A stretch of DNA of 63,760 bases, the filler included, from Asterionella formosa (lineage: Eukaryota), in NCBI GenBank assembly GCA_002256025.1. It is 14 parts of 14 records of this genome, joined end to end, with 100 filler letters (N's around TTAATTAATTAA, not from the genome) between each part and the next. Parts side by side here need not be neighbours in the genome. Positions count along the whole stretch, not along the records: positions 34,125 to 51,073 come from NKIB01004651.1; positions 51,174 to 52,227 come from NKIB01004657.1; positions 52,328 to 53,381 come from NKIB01004658.1; positions 53,482 to 54,535 come from NKIB01004659.1; positions 54,636 to 55,689 come from NKIB01004660.1; positions 55,790 to 56,843 come from NKIB01004661.1; positions 56,944 to 57,996 come from NKIB01004662.1; positions 58,097 to 59,149 come from NKIB01004663.1; 6 more parts are not named here. The stretch is one strand, 5' to 3'. Below are positions 47,700 through 61,712 of this stretch, in pieces. Position 1 is the first letter of the stretch. The number at the start of each line of letters is the position of its first letter. The translations under genes were made by a program, and so were the position numbers. The notes beneath the pieces are model-generated. The model made no database searches and was not told the origin of the DNA. It saw only the letters and a list, made by a program, of their open reading frames with translations.

Positions 47700-49130
47700 A
47701 ATCCGCAAAACAAGGAAACAACTATATCCAAGCCTGCTGGTCCACATATGTAAACACCTTCCTGCCACTTGGCTAATCTGTCAACTGTCTCAACCGCTTC
47801 CTTGCAGGACTTTGATGTGACCCACAGCTGATTGTTAGTGTTTACTTCGGAGCATGCTCATCCGCACCACATATGTCCTTATTTGCTTTAGCCTTATGTC
47901 TCACCAATGAATCTTTTCCTATACCAGTCTGTAGTAGTCTAAACGACTGATTAATAATTTCATTAGATGTCATGTGTTGCAGGGTATTTTGACAGTCCCC
48001 CCCCTTCGCAGGTGACACAGGCAGAGAAAAGCAATTAATATGATTAGACGAGGCCATTACCAATCAGATACAGATTTTTCATTCTCAGTAAATGAAAAGA
48101 GATGGCTGCTTTTTAGTGGACTCATTTTGTAGAATGGGCAAAACGCCAGTCCCAGCTCATTTGCAGGTAAGCCCTCATCATTCAGCTTCTTCACAAACAT
48201 GAAGATGTCTTTCATAACTGCATGGTAATCCTGTTTACTGTCTTGCAGGAAAAGAATCTTCATGGAGAAACACAACACTTTGGATTGGTATTTGTTTTGT
48301 AGAAAGAGTGTTCATTTGTTTGCCGATCTCGTGCTCATGCTTCCACAAGCTTGACCCTTGTCAGTAGTTGGCTCAAATACTTTGTCAATGCTGTGCCACC
48401 TAATGTGAGTGACATTAAGACTTTTCGCGTTATTATTTCCTGGCAGGAAATGTTTAATCAATGCACATTTTACCATGAGGCAACAGATGAACAACTCAAA
48501 GGCGGATTGACAAGTTGGTCCATAATCAAGGTGTAGTCTTGTGTGTCCATGGAATTATTGACATCATTGCATGCTCTGCTAAATCCTTTGCCATTGCTTT
48601 GTTGAGGTGGATCCAGTTATGCAACAGGTCAGGCTTGTATGCTTCTCCAGAAAGCGCAATTCGTTGATTGCAGTGTGCACGACAGTCCGCCAACAGTGGC
48701 AAGGTTAATCATTCTCTGCAAAAGGTGAGTTTTGAAAGCCGTTTGCCTGATCCACTTTCCGCTTAATTCTAACAACTTTCTTTGTATAGATAAATTCGAA
48801 AGAAAAGTCCATCAAAAACAAAACAGCAATCAACCAATAGCTGTGCAAGTGTTGAGTACCATTTTTGTCCATGGAAGAGACTCAGGAAGGCCTTGATTGC
48901 ATTTCCGACCATGATTGTGTTTATTTATCATTCGCTTTTATCGCTTGCCTCGCAACGAAAATGAGCTCAGGTGCAAAATTTTCAAGCTCATGATCCATAA
49001 ACTTTGTCTTCTTTTTTGGCTGAACTCTCAACCAGGAACGAATTACAATTCTTCTTAAATGTTTCGCCGCGTGATACATACTTGGTGATTTGCATGATAA
49101 ATGCATACAATAACTAAGTATGATCATGTT
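47700..49130 (-). pseudogene. Highly degenerate ORF remnants, probably TE-derived
   Basis: Fragments such as LCFSMKILFLQDSKQDY...GLPANELGLAFCPF broken by many stops. Family not assignable by eye. Confidence 0.3.
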
Positions 49131-51173
49131 AAGCATACTTATAATCAACGATACACCATGTAATTATCAAAACATTATCCTATAATGTAAATAATTTCAT
49201 CATATCTATCTTAAGATCGTGGTAATACTATTCGAAATCACTGTTGAAAATCGGTTGAAATGGGTTGATTATTTTTTTACTGCTAGTATGTCTAGAAATG
49301 ATTTTTATGTTTCTATTTTCCTCTGTGCGGTTTAACAGCCAATGTTCCCCTTTCCATTTTCTCAATGCTCTTGATGCATCATGCATCCCGCCTCTCTTCA
49401 ATGATCTTGAGGATGCATACCTATAGCCTCTCTTCTATACTCTTGATGCATGCTTCACGCCTCACTTTCACTCTGCTTCTGAAACTCATCTGGCGTCTTG
49501 CTGCAACTCCGCATTCCTTTTGATCCGATTCTGAATTTCTATGCTTTATTCTGTTTTTTTTATCCGCTTTTATTTCCTAATCACACTAACAATGAGAAAG
49601 AATTACCCGCTCTCCATGTTTTGTACAACCCTCAACACTGTAGTCCCATTTCATCATGGTTCACTTCCAAGAAATCGATGAACTTTTCGCATAAATCTGT
49701 AAAAAAATGTGTCAGTCGAACATAATTACACATCAATACATATTTTCACCAATGTCAATTGTAATGTACAACAAATACTGTTTCATTAAAAATATCCTGA
49801 AAGATTAAAAACATGCATTGTCAGTGATGTTCTAACAGTTGTGCATTGATCCAACAAGAGTATCTACCAATTTAGTTTCGTCGACATTGCCTGGTGGTGG
49901 TTTCAAACCAAAAAATGAGATATTGAATCGCTAAAGAAGGAAGCAATCATTTATTCTTTGTGAACCCAACGATCAATCATCCTGGCATGATTTGCCCTTG
50001 CTTGACATACCATAGCTAGATTCCATTCACTTTTCCATTTTCAATCCTTCTAAGCCACAAGGTTTATCATTGTGTTGTAGCGTCACTTCAATTTTCCTTG
50101 TCATGTGGGTGATGTGATCGTTCATTTCAGGATGTGTTACCGGTATGCATGACGAAAAGGAACCTTTGAACATGATTTAAAATGTATAAGCCGTGTAAAC
50201 ATTTATAAAATTTGTAAATACTTATTTACAGTTCAACACTTTCATAGTTCAAAGACAGTCTTTATATCGCACATCATGTGTTTACCATCATCAATTAAGC
50301 TTTTCCATAATTCAAATAGATACAATGCATGAGGATATCGGTTTTTTTAAGACATGATTTTCTGCTTTTGAATTTTTACCATATCGATTCTTAAGCCTAC
50401 AAGTCAGTGATATAATTAAGCCCCTCAATGAGTTAGCGGGAATCATACAACACTGTTCATATGGTACAAATCATATAATAATCAGATGATTAATTTTCTC
50501 ATATCATTGACATCGTTATCATTTGATAAATATACTTTGATAAAATGTGTACGATAATACTTTCTAATTAAAAATAATTGCCAAAACATTTTTTCTCGTA
50601 TCACCAATGACATCCATCATATGATCAATATGTATTTATCACACAAATAAGAAATAAACATCAGACTTACAGAAAATTCTTTCTGGTCCTAGCAAATGAT
50701 GGATGATTATCAGTAAATATAGGTACTACCCAGACAGATTTCCAACAGAGAATATTGTAAGTATAAATATAAATATACATGCATTTATGTAATAGAGAGA
50801 CAAGTTCTTTCGTTGGAAAAATTGGTACCGTATCATCATTCGCTCGTTCGAACCACTGTCCGTTGCCTCAAACCTGATTAGCGTTTGAGTACCGGTACCC
50901 GGTATGTGCACTGTCGACTTTAGTACATTACAGGCGGAGTCACTTCGCTACTAAATTGCGTGATATAATAATATAGCCTGTAGCACGACGCAGAATACAG
51001 TTGCTTCCCAATCATCTCATCATGATTGATAAGATGATACTGTGATATCATGATAAGGTTACATCGATGCATANNNNNNNNNNNNNNNNNNNNNNNNNNN
51101 NNNNNNNNNNNNNNNNNTTAATTAATTAANNNNNNNNNNNNNNNNNNNNNNNNNNNNNNNNNNNNNNNNNNNN

Positions 51174-52227
51174 CAGAGAACTGTTGGATTTATTTCTGTA
51201 AAATAGTAGCACTCATAGAAAGATGTTAACTTGCTTTGAGGTCAATACTAGGACTGAGGAAAGGAAAAGCGGAGCAAAACAGCCCAGCCAGTTAGCAGCA
51301 CAGTTATTATTGCTTGAATCAGGCTCATCATGGCGACAATCCTTTGTATACATTTGTAGCTTCATCATAATGAAACTACTGTTCTTACTCAAAAACATAC
51401 CATCTGAAAGTCCGAAAAAATTTATTGTTGCTACTTCACCATTTTCAATTTTGTCATCTCTCAGTCAATCCTGGTGGTCACATTTCAGACTTAAGCTCAC
51501 TGTATATATTAGCCTTAGTTTGAATTGTAACAAGGATTCTTGGAGGGAAATGAAGGATATCGATTTTCATTCAACCCCTCATTTCCTTTCTCTTGATCCC
51601 AGAGACAACAAGAAGATTGCAGTTTTTGCTGTCAACATTGAAAATTATGCAACCAGTCAAAAATGGCTTTGAGCCACTTCGAATGGCTTTGAGTCACTTA
51701 TCAATTTAATATTCACTGTATATACATAAATTTTTTCTAATTTTCCAGTTATGACTTTTTTAGTACGACAATGTTGTTCCTGACGTTGCGCCAAATACAA
51801 CATATTTTGTTGTCGATTAGGTCTTGTGTTTTAGATAATCAGATAAATATGTCGGAAACCAGCAATCGGCCCGAAAGTGGCTAAAACAATATTATATTAT
51901 ACCATTGAGCCGCCGGCATCACCCGGAAAAACACATACATTTATGTAAAACATTTAATGTCTTATATATATATAGTTGCGTTTAACCGCCATGGACAATG
52001 TACTATAGCAATAAATGAATCGATTAGTCACTCTTAGTAAATGAATGCAATATTTCTTTTAGGCCCAAAAAATATGTCTGAGACCATAATTCACATCAGA
52101 AATTGCTTCCGAGCTACCACAACATGAAGCAAATCGCAGTCATCTCCTTAACAACAATGAAGCTTACAACAAGAAAACAGCCTCAACCATCCAAAAAGTA
52201 CAAGGTGATACCTAATACTTTGGATAA
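51174..52227 (+). repeat. Near-identical duplicated contig (second copy at 53482-54535)
   Basis: Both copies start CAGAGAACTG and end TTTGGATAA at gap linkers; they differ by scattered substitutions and small indels. Confidence 0.9.
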
Positions 52228-52761
52228 NNNNNNNNNNNNNNNNNNNNNNNNNNNNNNNNNNNNNNNNNNNNTTAATTAATTAANNNNNNNNNNNNNNNNN
52301 NNNNNNNNNNNNNNNNNNNNNNNNNNNATGCATGTTAACATGCAAACCATGGAATTACTGCCTAGTAGATAAAATATTTAATAACAATTTAGGTAGTAAA
52401 CAAATCTTTGTCAGGGTCAAGGCTGAGGCAACATTATGCAATTTTTGCTCTCTGGCCGTTCAGAAAGACTACACTGTAGTGTTTTAAATAGAGAAAAAGC
52501 ATAATCTAAGCTAAATAATTACATTCTAATGCCTATGTGGGCTACCTTGGGTACCCTGTACATGAATCCATTAAAAGGTGTATGATATATTGCATGTTTC
52601 ATGGGCAATACATTGCTTACTTCACCTTATGTTTACCGGTATGTCGTTGTATCATTAACCACAGTGTTATGTAGCTAGGTATGTGGATGTGATGGCATTT
52701 GGGTTGAAATGATGACATCACACATTAAGGAAAATTGAAACTTGAAGCAAGCGTACTTTAA

Positions 52762-53381
52762 GGTCCCTGCATTTCAACCCTAAGGCAAAAATTAAAATAT
52801 TGCTTAGGGTTTTGGAACCAAGAATTTTTATGAGTTATTCTTGAATGACATGAATCCATTTGAAATATTCAAATCAGTGGAAATTTGCGCGTAGGTACAT
52901 AAATTCGTTTTCGAATTCGCTAAATATATATATATATATAAACATTCTACATTGCTCAATGTATACCATATAGTAACCTATACCGGTACTAATACGATCA
53001 ACATATATGTAGCACACAAGCTGGCAGTATCATGGCAAATATTGTTGATGACTACCGGTAAGAAACAAACAAACACAACAATCCGCCCACCATGAGCGAA
53101 ATTACACATCACAACGATGACAACGGCAATGACGAATTTAACTACAGTCATGACAGTTGCTGTCCTACCTGTCAAGACCGGTTGATTGTAGAGTCGACTG
53201 TGGAGGGATGTGACGGTCGCATCTTCTGCGAATACTGCGATTTTGGTTGTCCAAAATGTCAGTGCCGATGGGATGAAGTAAAAGAGTTGGTGGAAAAGTT
53301 CTTGGAAGGTGAATTCATTCTCAGCAGAGTGAAGGATGAAGACATTACGGCATCAAGAGGATCCCGCAAGCTTCTATACAA
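52762..53381 (+). mobile_element. Kolobok-like element 5' end carrying the KolX-like ORF
   Basis: TTAA (52758-52761) followed by GGTCCCTGCATTTCAA; about 200 bp homologous to the reverse complement of the 389-1642 right end. Confidence 0.8.
53092..53381 (+). CDS. Cys-rich KolX-like protein, uninterrupted up to the gap (partial)
   Basis: CCPTC...EGCDGRIFCEYCDFGCPKCQCRWDE...SRKLLY; homologous to the pseudogene at 7106-7557. Confidence 0.7.
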
Positions 53382-54635
53382 NNNNNNNNNNNNNNNNNNN
53401 NNNNNNNNNNNNNNNNNNNNNNNNNTTAATTAATTAANNNNNNNNNNNNNNNNNNNNNNNNNNNNNNNNNNNNNNNNNNNNCAGAGAACTGTTGGATTTA
53501 TTTCTGTAAAATAGTAGCACTCATAGAAAGATGTTAACTTGCTTTGAGGTCAATACTAGGACTGAGGAAAGGAGAAGCGGAGCAAAACAGCCCAGCCAGT
53601 TAGCAGCAAAGTAAATATTGCTTGAATCAGGCTCATCATGGCGACAATCCTTTGTATACATTTGTAGCTTCATCATAATGAAACTACTGTTCTTACTCAA
53701 AAACATACCACCATCTGAAAGTCCGAAAAAATGTATTGTTGTTACTCCACCATTTTCAATTTTGTCATCTCTCAGTCAATCCTGGTGGTCACATTTCAGA
53801 CTTAAGCTCACTGTATATATTAGCCTAAGTTTGAATTGTAACAAGGATTCTTGGAGGGAAATGAAAGATATCGATTTTCATTCAACCCCTCATTTCCTTT
53901 CTCTTGATCCTAGAGACAAGAAGATTGTAGTTTTTGCTGTCAACATTGAAAATTATGCAACCAGTCAAAAATGGCTTTGAGCCACTTTGAATGGCTTTGA
54001 GTCACTTAACGATTTAATATTCACTGTATAGATTTTTTCTAATTTTCCAGTTATAACTTTTTTAAGTACGACAATGTTGTTCCTGACATTGCGCCAAATA
54101 CAACATATTTTGTTGTCGATTAGGTCTTGTGTTTTAGATAATCAGATAAATATGTCGGAAACTAGGAATCGGCCCGAAAGTGGCTAAAACAATATTATAT
54201 TATACCATCGAGCCGCCGGCATCACCCGGAAAAACACATACATTTATGTAAAACATTTAATGTCTAATGTATTGTATATATAGTTGCGTTTAACCGCCAT
54301 GGACAATGTACTATAGCAATAAATGAATCGATGAGTCACTCTTAGTAAATGAATGCAATATTTCTTTTAGGCCCAAAAAATATGTCTGAGACCATAATTC
54401 ACATCAGGAATTGCTTCCGAGCTACCACAACATGAAGCAAATCGCAGTCATCTCCTTAACAACAATGAAACTTACAACAAGAAAACAGCCTCAACCATCC
54501 AAAAAGTACAAGGTGATACCTAATACTTTGGATAANNNNNNNNNNNNNNNNNNNNNNNNNNNNNNNNNNNNNNNNNNNNTTAATTAATTAANNNNNNNNN
54601 NNNNNNNNNNNNNNNNNNNNNNNNNNNNNNNNNNN

Positions 54636-55689
54636 GGTCCGCTGATGTCCACAAACAGTCTCTCTCCAGGTACCGTCGATTTTTCTTGCGTTGTTTTTGG
54701 GACGGCTCGTGCTTTCGCTTTCGCTGCCGCACAGCCTGCGCACACTGTCATGATGCCGCTCAACTTCCATCCAAATAATTTTGCCGTATCGTGCAAACAT
54801 TTCTCGCCCACATGACCAAGCATCGCATGCGCTTCATTGATATCGACAATCACATAATTATTTTCAAACTCACCATTTTGATTATTCCATTTGTTCTTTC
54901 CTTTGTTCGTTTTCTTTGCTTCAACTTTCGTCCAATCGTTTTCGTTGTAGTCGTCGATCGATTGTTGTGTCGCGTTCTCTTGTAGTTGATCGACTTCCAT
55001 CACCGTTTGCTTGATGATCGGATTACCTTCGACATGATACATTGCTCCGAGCTTTCGAGTTTTATCTCTTTTGCAGGTTAGAAAACCGCTCTTGTTTCTT
55101 ATCGTCATCCTATCATCCTCGAAGATCACTTGATTACCCTTGTCGATCATTCTAGAGACACTGATGATGTTCTGCTTGAACTCCGGTGCATAAAGCACAT
55201 CGGTGAGTTTCAAGCATTTTCCTTCGTCCGTAGTCGTCAGAGTTACAGTACCAGAGACAGTTGATACTATCTCAGTTCCATTCCCTACCACGACCGTTTC
55301 ACTCACTTGTTTCTTGTCTTCCATCATGCGCACGTCCGTGCAGATGTGAACAGTAGCACCGCTGTCTAACAACCAGCGATTTCTGACGTCACGAGCGAGG
55401 TTGACTTCCTCGTTGTAACTAATTTCGATGCACGTGTCGACGAACATTCCTTGCTGGGTAGATGTAGTCGTGTTGTTCTCTTCGTTTCTATTATTCTTAG
55501 ATGCACTGTTACTGGTGCACTCACTTGCGTAGTGTCCCATGCGTTGGCACTTGAAACACTTAATCGTTTTCCACCTTTCTTTCTGCTCATGAGTGAGCTC
55601 CTTCTTGTCGGCACTATTGCCCTTGCTGCGACATTCAGCCGCCTTGTGGCCATACTTGCCACACTTACGACAGTCACCTTTGAACTTCC
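54636..55689 (-). mobile_element. Ty1/copia gag-pol fragment, open frame across the whole contig
   Basis: Two CCHC knuckles (CRKCGKYGHKAAEC, CFKCQRMGHYASEC), protease WLLDSGATVHI, integrase HHCC (HAMLGH...CAGC) and RLFVDISG, in copia domain order. Confidence 0.93.
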
Positions 55690-55789
55690 NNNNNNNNNNN
55701 NNNNNNNNNNNNNNNNNNNNNNNNNNNNNNNNNTTAATTAATTAANNNNNNNNNNNNNNNNNNNNNNNNNNNNNNNNNNNNNNNNNNNN

Positions 55790-56843
55790 ACAATCAACCG
55801 CATCCGTTAGGCAAAGAATCGCTACTGGCATCATCGTGGAACTGATTTCGCTTCAAACCGGTCATGATGGACGACGATTGGCATGGTGAAAGGTGAATTG
55901 CCGGAGTCCACTTTTCAGGAGACGAACAAAAACGAGGTGAATTCTAGATATAAATTATTAAAATCTGAATAGTATATAAAATGGTTTCCTTAAGTAGACC
56001 CCTTGCCGATTTCGGCAATCCCAGGGCTGGAAAACCGAGGGGCAATTGGTGTTTGTTGTCTTGCCAAGATGCGAACATATGAAATATACAAAATATATTT
56101 TAATGATGGGCAATATCGGACCTTTGGCAATTTTCGAGGTGAAGATAGGAAATATACAAAATATATTTTATATGATGGGCAATAGTAGGCTAAAATTGAC
56201 ATTTATGCTAAATTTGTGGGCAGTAGGTAAGCGAATGACGCGACGATAGCTAGAGCGGGAATTGCCTCAACAATACCCTTCTCGGCGGCTACTTGCCTTC
56301 TCGTATACATGTGTACTCGACTGGGATGGCACTCGTAGGGTCTACTTAAGGAAACCATTTTATATACTATTCAGATTCTAGTAATTTTTATGACCTCGTT
56401 TTTGTTCGTCTCCTGAAAAGTGGACTCCGGCAATTCACCTTTCACCATGCCGATCACGCTTGCTAAGAATGGAATGATCAGGGTTGCTTGTTTGGTGGGC
56501 AGCGGAGAGGAATGACTGTGGCGGAAATACTGCTACTGGTGTCAGGCTACTACAGCGATGCGCATGGTTGCAGAAACCAGACCATTTACGCTACATAACG
56601 ATGTAGGTCAAGATTGGGTTCAGCTTTTCCCTTCTTATTTTGGTCTTCGATTGTGTGATGATGGAAAGTGAATGTTGCCTGGTGTGTAAGTACTACAATG
56701 ATTCACAATGCATACATCTCCATTGGAACTCTTATTTTTTATTTCATTTCTAACCCAAAACAATTTTTTCTATTTCTCATTTGATGCTACTTATTACATC
56801 GCATTTCATACTTTGGTTGCTCCAAACATCATGTTCAATTTTC
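55790..56843. repeat. Rearranged copies of the 27.5-29.5 kb repeat
   Basis: 55790-56340 matches 28922-29462 directly. 56338-56453 is an inverted copy of about 55878-56000. 56455-56843 matches the reverse complement of about 27700-28095. Confidence 0.85.
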
Positions 56844-59800
56844 NNNNNNNNNNNNNNNNNNNNNNNNNNNNNNNNNNNNNNNNNNNNTTAATTAATTAAN
56901 NNNNNNNNNNNNNNNNNNNNNNNNNNNNNNNNNNNNNNNNNNNAACAATTGGTTTTAACTAGACCTCTGTATTCAAGTCAGTGGTTGGCGGTGCTAGATT
57001 CTAAAGCTGCTGATCTGGCAGACGCACCATTGCCGCCACGACACTTGTTTTCAGGTTGTCGAACAGAACGTCTATTGGTATATCGGTTGTGTTGACCAGG
57101 TACCGGTAAGTGAATCTACGATACATTGTACGATATGATTTTCCGGCATACCGGTATTACCAGCACCAAAACACACCAATACATGAACGCACAGCCAGTA
57201 TTAAAAAATACACGAATCCTACTCCATGCGTATGTAAAAATGACCACGACCGATATTCTTGCTGCGAAGATGATGTGCGTTATGATGGGCTGGCTGTCTG
57301 ATGCCTGAGGCGTGCCATGCTGACGATGGACTCGCCGACAAGCAACGCATCAACCAAGGGCGAGCCGAATTCCTTCTTCGTCGTGTGGTTTGGGCATCTG
57401 CAGGGTGATGACTCTCATACCAGTGGACACGAAACAAGTTACCTACATACAGCAACTGTACCAGCATGAGTACTCCGGAGGGCAGTACGTAGTACCTTGT
57501 ACCATGTATTCCGTTCGAGGTACCTGTGGTACTACTTGCAAGGCAGTTCATGCGGTCCTCATTTTGCTGAAATTGATAACGTGACGCAGGACAGGCGTCC
57601 ACTTACATAGAAAAAGTAATCAATTCACTCTTTACGTCAGTATGATCACAAACTAGCGACGTGGGTTTAAAGCTTACCTACCGATATTTGAATCTTCCAA
57701 ATAACGAAACGTCAAAATGTTGGCAAAGGGCTTAAAACTAGCAAATGACTATGACCGGGGCAATAGAGTGGCAGCCCGAAACATAGTCCTTGTACAACTA
57801 CTGTGAAAGTGTGTCAAATCTGTTCATAACATCGTCGTTTTCAATTGTGAATCTATAAATTGCATTAATAATGCGCCATCAGCTATTTCAATTTCGGCTG
57901 TCAATATCAGTGTTATTACAATAATTCTTTAATGATTTGATTTAATTCTCTATATTGTTCTTAAATTGATCACATTTGGCTGATTGCTGACTATTTNNNN
58001 NNNNNNNNNNNNNNNNNNNNNNNNNNNNNNNNNNNNNNNNTTAATTAATTAANNNNNNNNNNNNNNNNNNNNNNNNNNNNNNNNNNNNNNNNNNNNGCAA
58101 ACGCATGTCGTCAGTGGATTCCCGCTGTAACGAATAGTACTTGTGTGCAGGCAGCACAGTTACGCCAATGCCGTCGTTGAGTGATCAGTTCAACTCCGGC
58201 CACAATCGCTATTGCTCGCTGGTTGTCTGCGGATACCCGTCGGTACAGCTCGAGTGCACACGGTCACCGACGCCTGCGAATGATCGTCATCATCCAAATT
58301 CGGTACGCACACGTGACACTACATACTGAATATGAAAAATTCGTTACGAACACGTAATGCCAGACGCCTTGTCTCGATGGTTCGAATTCGACGCTCCTGA
58401 TCGCTCGCACTGTAGGCTCTTCTCCGATTCAAAGATAACTCAAGTGGTAATCGATAGAGCGGTGGGTCTGATAAACCGAATAAATACGCTAGTGTTGTCG
58501 GCAGAACAACTTACATGGTGCACAAGGAAAGAAAGATAAAGGTTGAAAAGATAGACTTAAAGATATATAAACCTATGCCATTCTAGCGCATTCGCTGCTC
58601 CAAGCTTGCACGCTGTACTATCGCTAAAACACTCTAACGACTAGTTAGTCCCCTGTACCGTATGACATGGTACGTTCATCCACACGCCCATACTGCACTG
58701 CAATATTCGTTCAAGGTTTCGGCCGTCTGATGCATAGTAATCCATTCTGCCATGGTAGAGCAAGAAGTTAAGATAGAATTTTCTTGGAACATCATGACCT
58801 CACCATTTCATCCACAGGTTGCCAAATTCATCCTACATACGAAACGAACCGGGAAAAACATGTCGAAGAAAACGCCCACAGATGCCACCAACCAGGAGCC
58901 AGAATACAGCAGCAGGACGAAAATTACCAACGAAACACGAATTAGCTATTTAATTTCAATGTCATGTAACAACTGTAGTCATTCTATTAATGCATGTACC
59001 GGTAGTATCAGCTAGGGTACCAGGTACCTGGTAGCTTGAATCATGGATTAGCGAGCTAGTTTCCAATATTTTCAACAAGTGCATTGTACTTCCACATCTT
59101 TGAGCGATCGTCATTTTGGTATTGAAGTGCACCCCAGCTTCCGTACTTGNNNNNNNNNNNNNNNNNNNNNNNNNNNNNNNNNNNNNNNNNNNNTTAATTA
59201 ATTAANNNNNNNNNNNNNNNNNNNNNNNNNNNNNNNNNNNNNNNNNNNNGTACATTCGATGGTATAAGCCCTATTTAACGTTAACCTTATAGGCTCTTCT
59301 ACATAAACTATATACTTGTTCTTACTAACTATAGAGACTTACAATATATAGTAGCTTGTAATATACATATTGCATTAGTTTTTTCCCCCAGACTTTATGA
59401 TTATGTCATAACTTTTCATTTCTTTTGCAAAAGAGATTCCCCAAGCAGAGCTTTTGATTCATTTGTCTAGGCATAAGTGGAATGCTTTTGGTGGGTAGTC
59501 ACTTTTCACATGAAATTCAAAAAGTTATAGCAATATCAGTTATGGCTGTCATCAGGTTCCCTGCCATTTATGGTGTTTGGTTGTTGCCAGTTGATCAATT
59601 CAGGGAATATCTTAATGAAAAGTACTTTTAATTATTAAATGCCAAAATATCCAAGCTAAGGCCTTTGTATCCTACTATATTGATCTTCAGGTTGCAATCA
59701 GCAGCCATATATATCTATATATCATGAGTACTTGTAGACATATTTACAAACAAAGGCACCAAATCATCATTCTGCCATGACACAAAATGAAGCAAATCAA

Positions 59801-60402
59801 GGATGATTGCAAGTTAAATCTCAGCACATTTTGAAATTTTTATTTATACATGCATTGGCATTTGTTCACACTTTCAAAATATGAGCACTATGCATTTTGT
59901 CACTTTAGTACCACATTAATCCATATGATATGTGCCACAAGCTACAAGCAAACAAGATTGACACAAATACTGCAAGCTAGACTACAGTACTGGAGAGGGA
60001 GAACAATTTTTGAGTTTGGAGAGAATATAGCAAAGCTTGCAAAACTTTTTTACTTTGCTTAGCTACCAGTCATTTTCATTTGTCATTTTTGACCTTTTTA
60101 TTTGTGTGATGATGTTTCTGCATACATATGCATGTAAAAAATGTTCATGTATGTGTTTCATTGGATATCCATACCTGATTCCGGTAAAACAAATATATCA
60201 TGTGACAGAGCCTGTGTATACTACATACTACCAGTACTGGGAGACTCGTCAACATGTTGTCAGCAATACATTGATCATGTTGATAATTGGCCATTTCTCC
60301 ATNNNNNNNNNNNNNNNNNNNNNNNNNNNNNNNNNNNNNNNNNNNNTTAATTAATTAANNNNNNNNNNNNNNNNNNNNNNNNNNNNNNNNNNNNNNNNNN
60401 NN

Positions 60403-60752
60403 CAAAACAATTTTTTCTATTTCTCATTTGATGCTACTTATTACATCGCATTTCATACTTTGGTTGCTCCAAACATCATGTTCAATTTTCATTGATGTTG
60501 CATGTTACAATCATTCTCGTGTGTTTTACACTTGTTGTACCATCTCCATGCATATTACCGTTATTTTGGTTGTCATGCTAAAATCGGCAATTTTATTCCC
60601 GAAAAATTCGATGTGCCCCATATTGCCCTTAAATAAAAATTACTTAAGAAATTACTTAGAGACTAAAAATTACTTAGAAGTACCCGAATGGCAAGACGAT
60701 AGCTGGAGCGGGAATTTGTTAAGGAATAGTGTGTTTCAGTAAGAATGCTGCC
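60403..60752. mobile_element. Harbinger-family terminus (inverted copy of about 27451-27790)
   Basis: High-identity reverse complement ending TAAGAATGCTGCC-TGA, comparable to TAAGAACGTCGC-TAA at the 27451 end. Confidence 0.7.
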
Positions 60753-60754
60753 TG

Positions 60755-61430
60755 AAACGTCCAAGAATTTTTGGATAGATAACTTCCTGAGGTACCTAAA
60801 ATACATGTGTGTGCTCTTCACCACCCCATTACGACTGAAGGTGTTGAGCCATTTATGTCAGATGTTGATCTAGAGGTGTTAGTTCAAAATCGAAGCGCAG
60901 GTGTCCTGTTCTTGGGACAACAATATCGAAGACTAGCTACCATACATCAATTGAAAACGAGTAGGAAGAAGCTTTGGCTCCCAGGGTACAAGTTAAATAC
61001 CACTGAATTCGATATTCTTAAAGGGAAGGTTGAGAAAGAGCTTGGTATCGCTAAATGTGAATCTGATCCCTTAGTTGAAGTTATATATTCCCATTCATTT
61101 TCAGATTATGCCAGACTCCTTAAGCAGAACATCAAAATTGTTGATTTATGGGCTGCTACTGCCAACAATGCCATCCTTGAAGAAGCCATTGGCCTTCAGA
61201 TTCCCATGCTAATTCGGCGAATCGACAGTACTGAAGAATACCTTGGCAATTCCTACCCCCTTTTTTTTGACACAACAGAAGAACTGGCATTACTCCTTGT
61301 TGATTCATCAGAGTTAGGCAAGAAGCTTCGACTAGCAAACATTTACATGAAGGACATGGATTTAAGTGGGCTCACATTGGAAAAATTCAGGAAGGATTTA
61401 ATAGGATGTGCAGACAAAAATTTGAGTTAA
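60755..61430 (+). pseudogene. 5'-truncated glycosyltransferase-like domain
   Basis: LHHP...VLFLGQQYRRL...YARLLKQNIKIVDLWAATANNAILEE...EYLGNSYPLFF. No ATG, an upstream in-frame stop, and the frame begins at a transposon end. Confidence 0.55.
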
Positions 61431-61712
61431 ATTATATTTGGTTGTAGCTACTCTTNNNNNNNNNNNNNNNNNNNNNNNNNNNNNNNNNNNNNNNNNNNNT
61501 TAATTAATTAANNNNNNNNNNNNNNNNNNNNNNNNNNNNNNNNNNNNNNNNNNNNTCTACTCTACATACAGTAATAAAAATTGTTTTGCCTATTCTGTTA
61601 CAAAAAAATCACACGTGGTTCTTTCATATGCTGTTTATAAATCAATTTCTCTCTGCTCATAAGTTTGAAACAGTCTCTAAAGGAAAAGAACATCTGAGAA
61701 AACAAAACTCAA

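Noticed and set aside
51174..54535. Apparent 1-kb direct repeats flanking the KolX-like contig, suggesting LTRs or long terminal direct repeats
   Set aside because: Each copy is a whole contig with identical end points between linkers, which is typical of allelic or collapsed-repeat bubbles.
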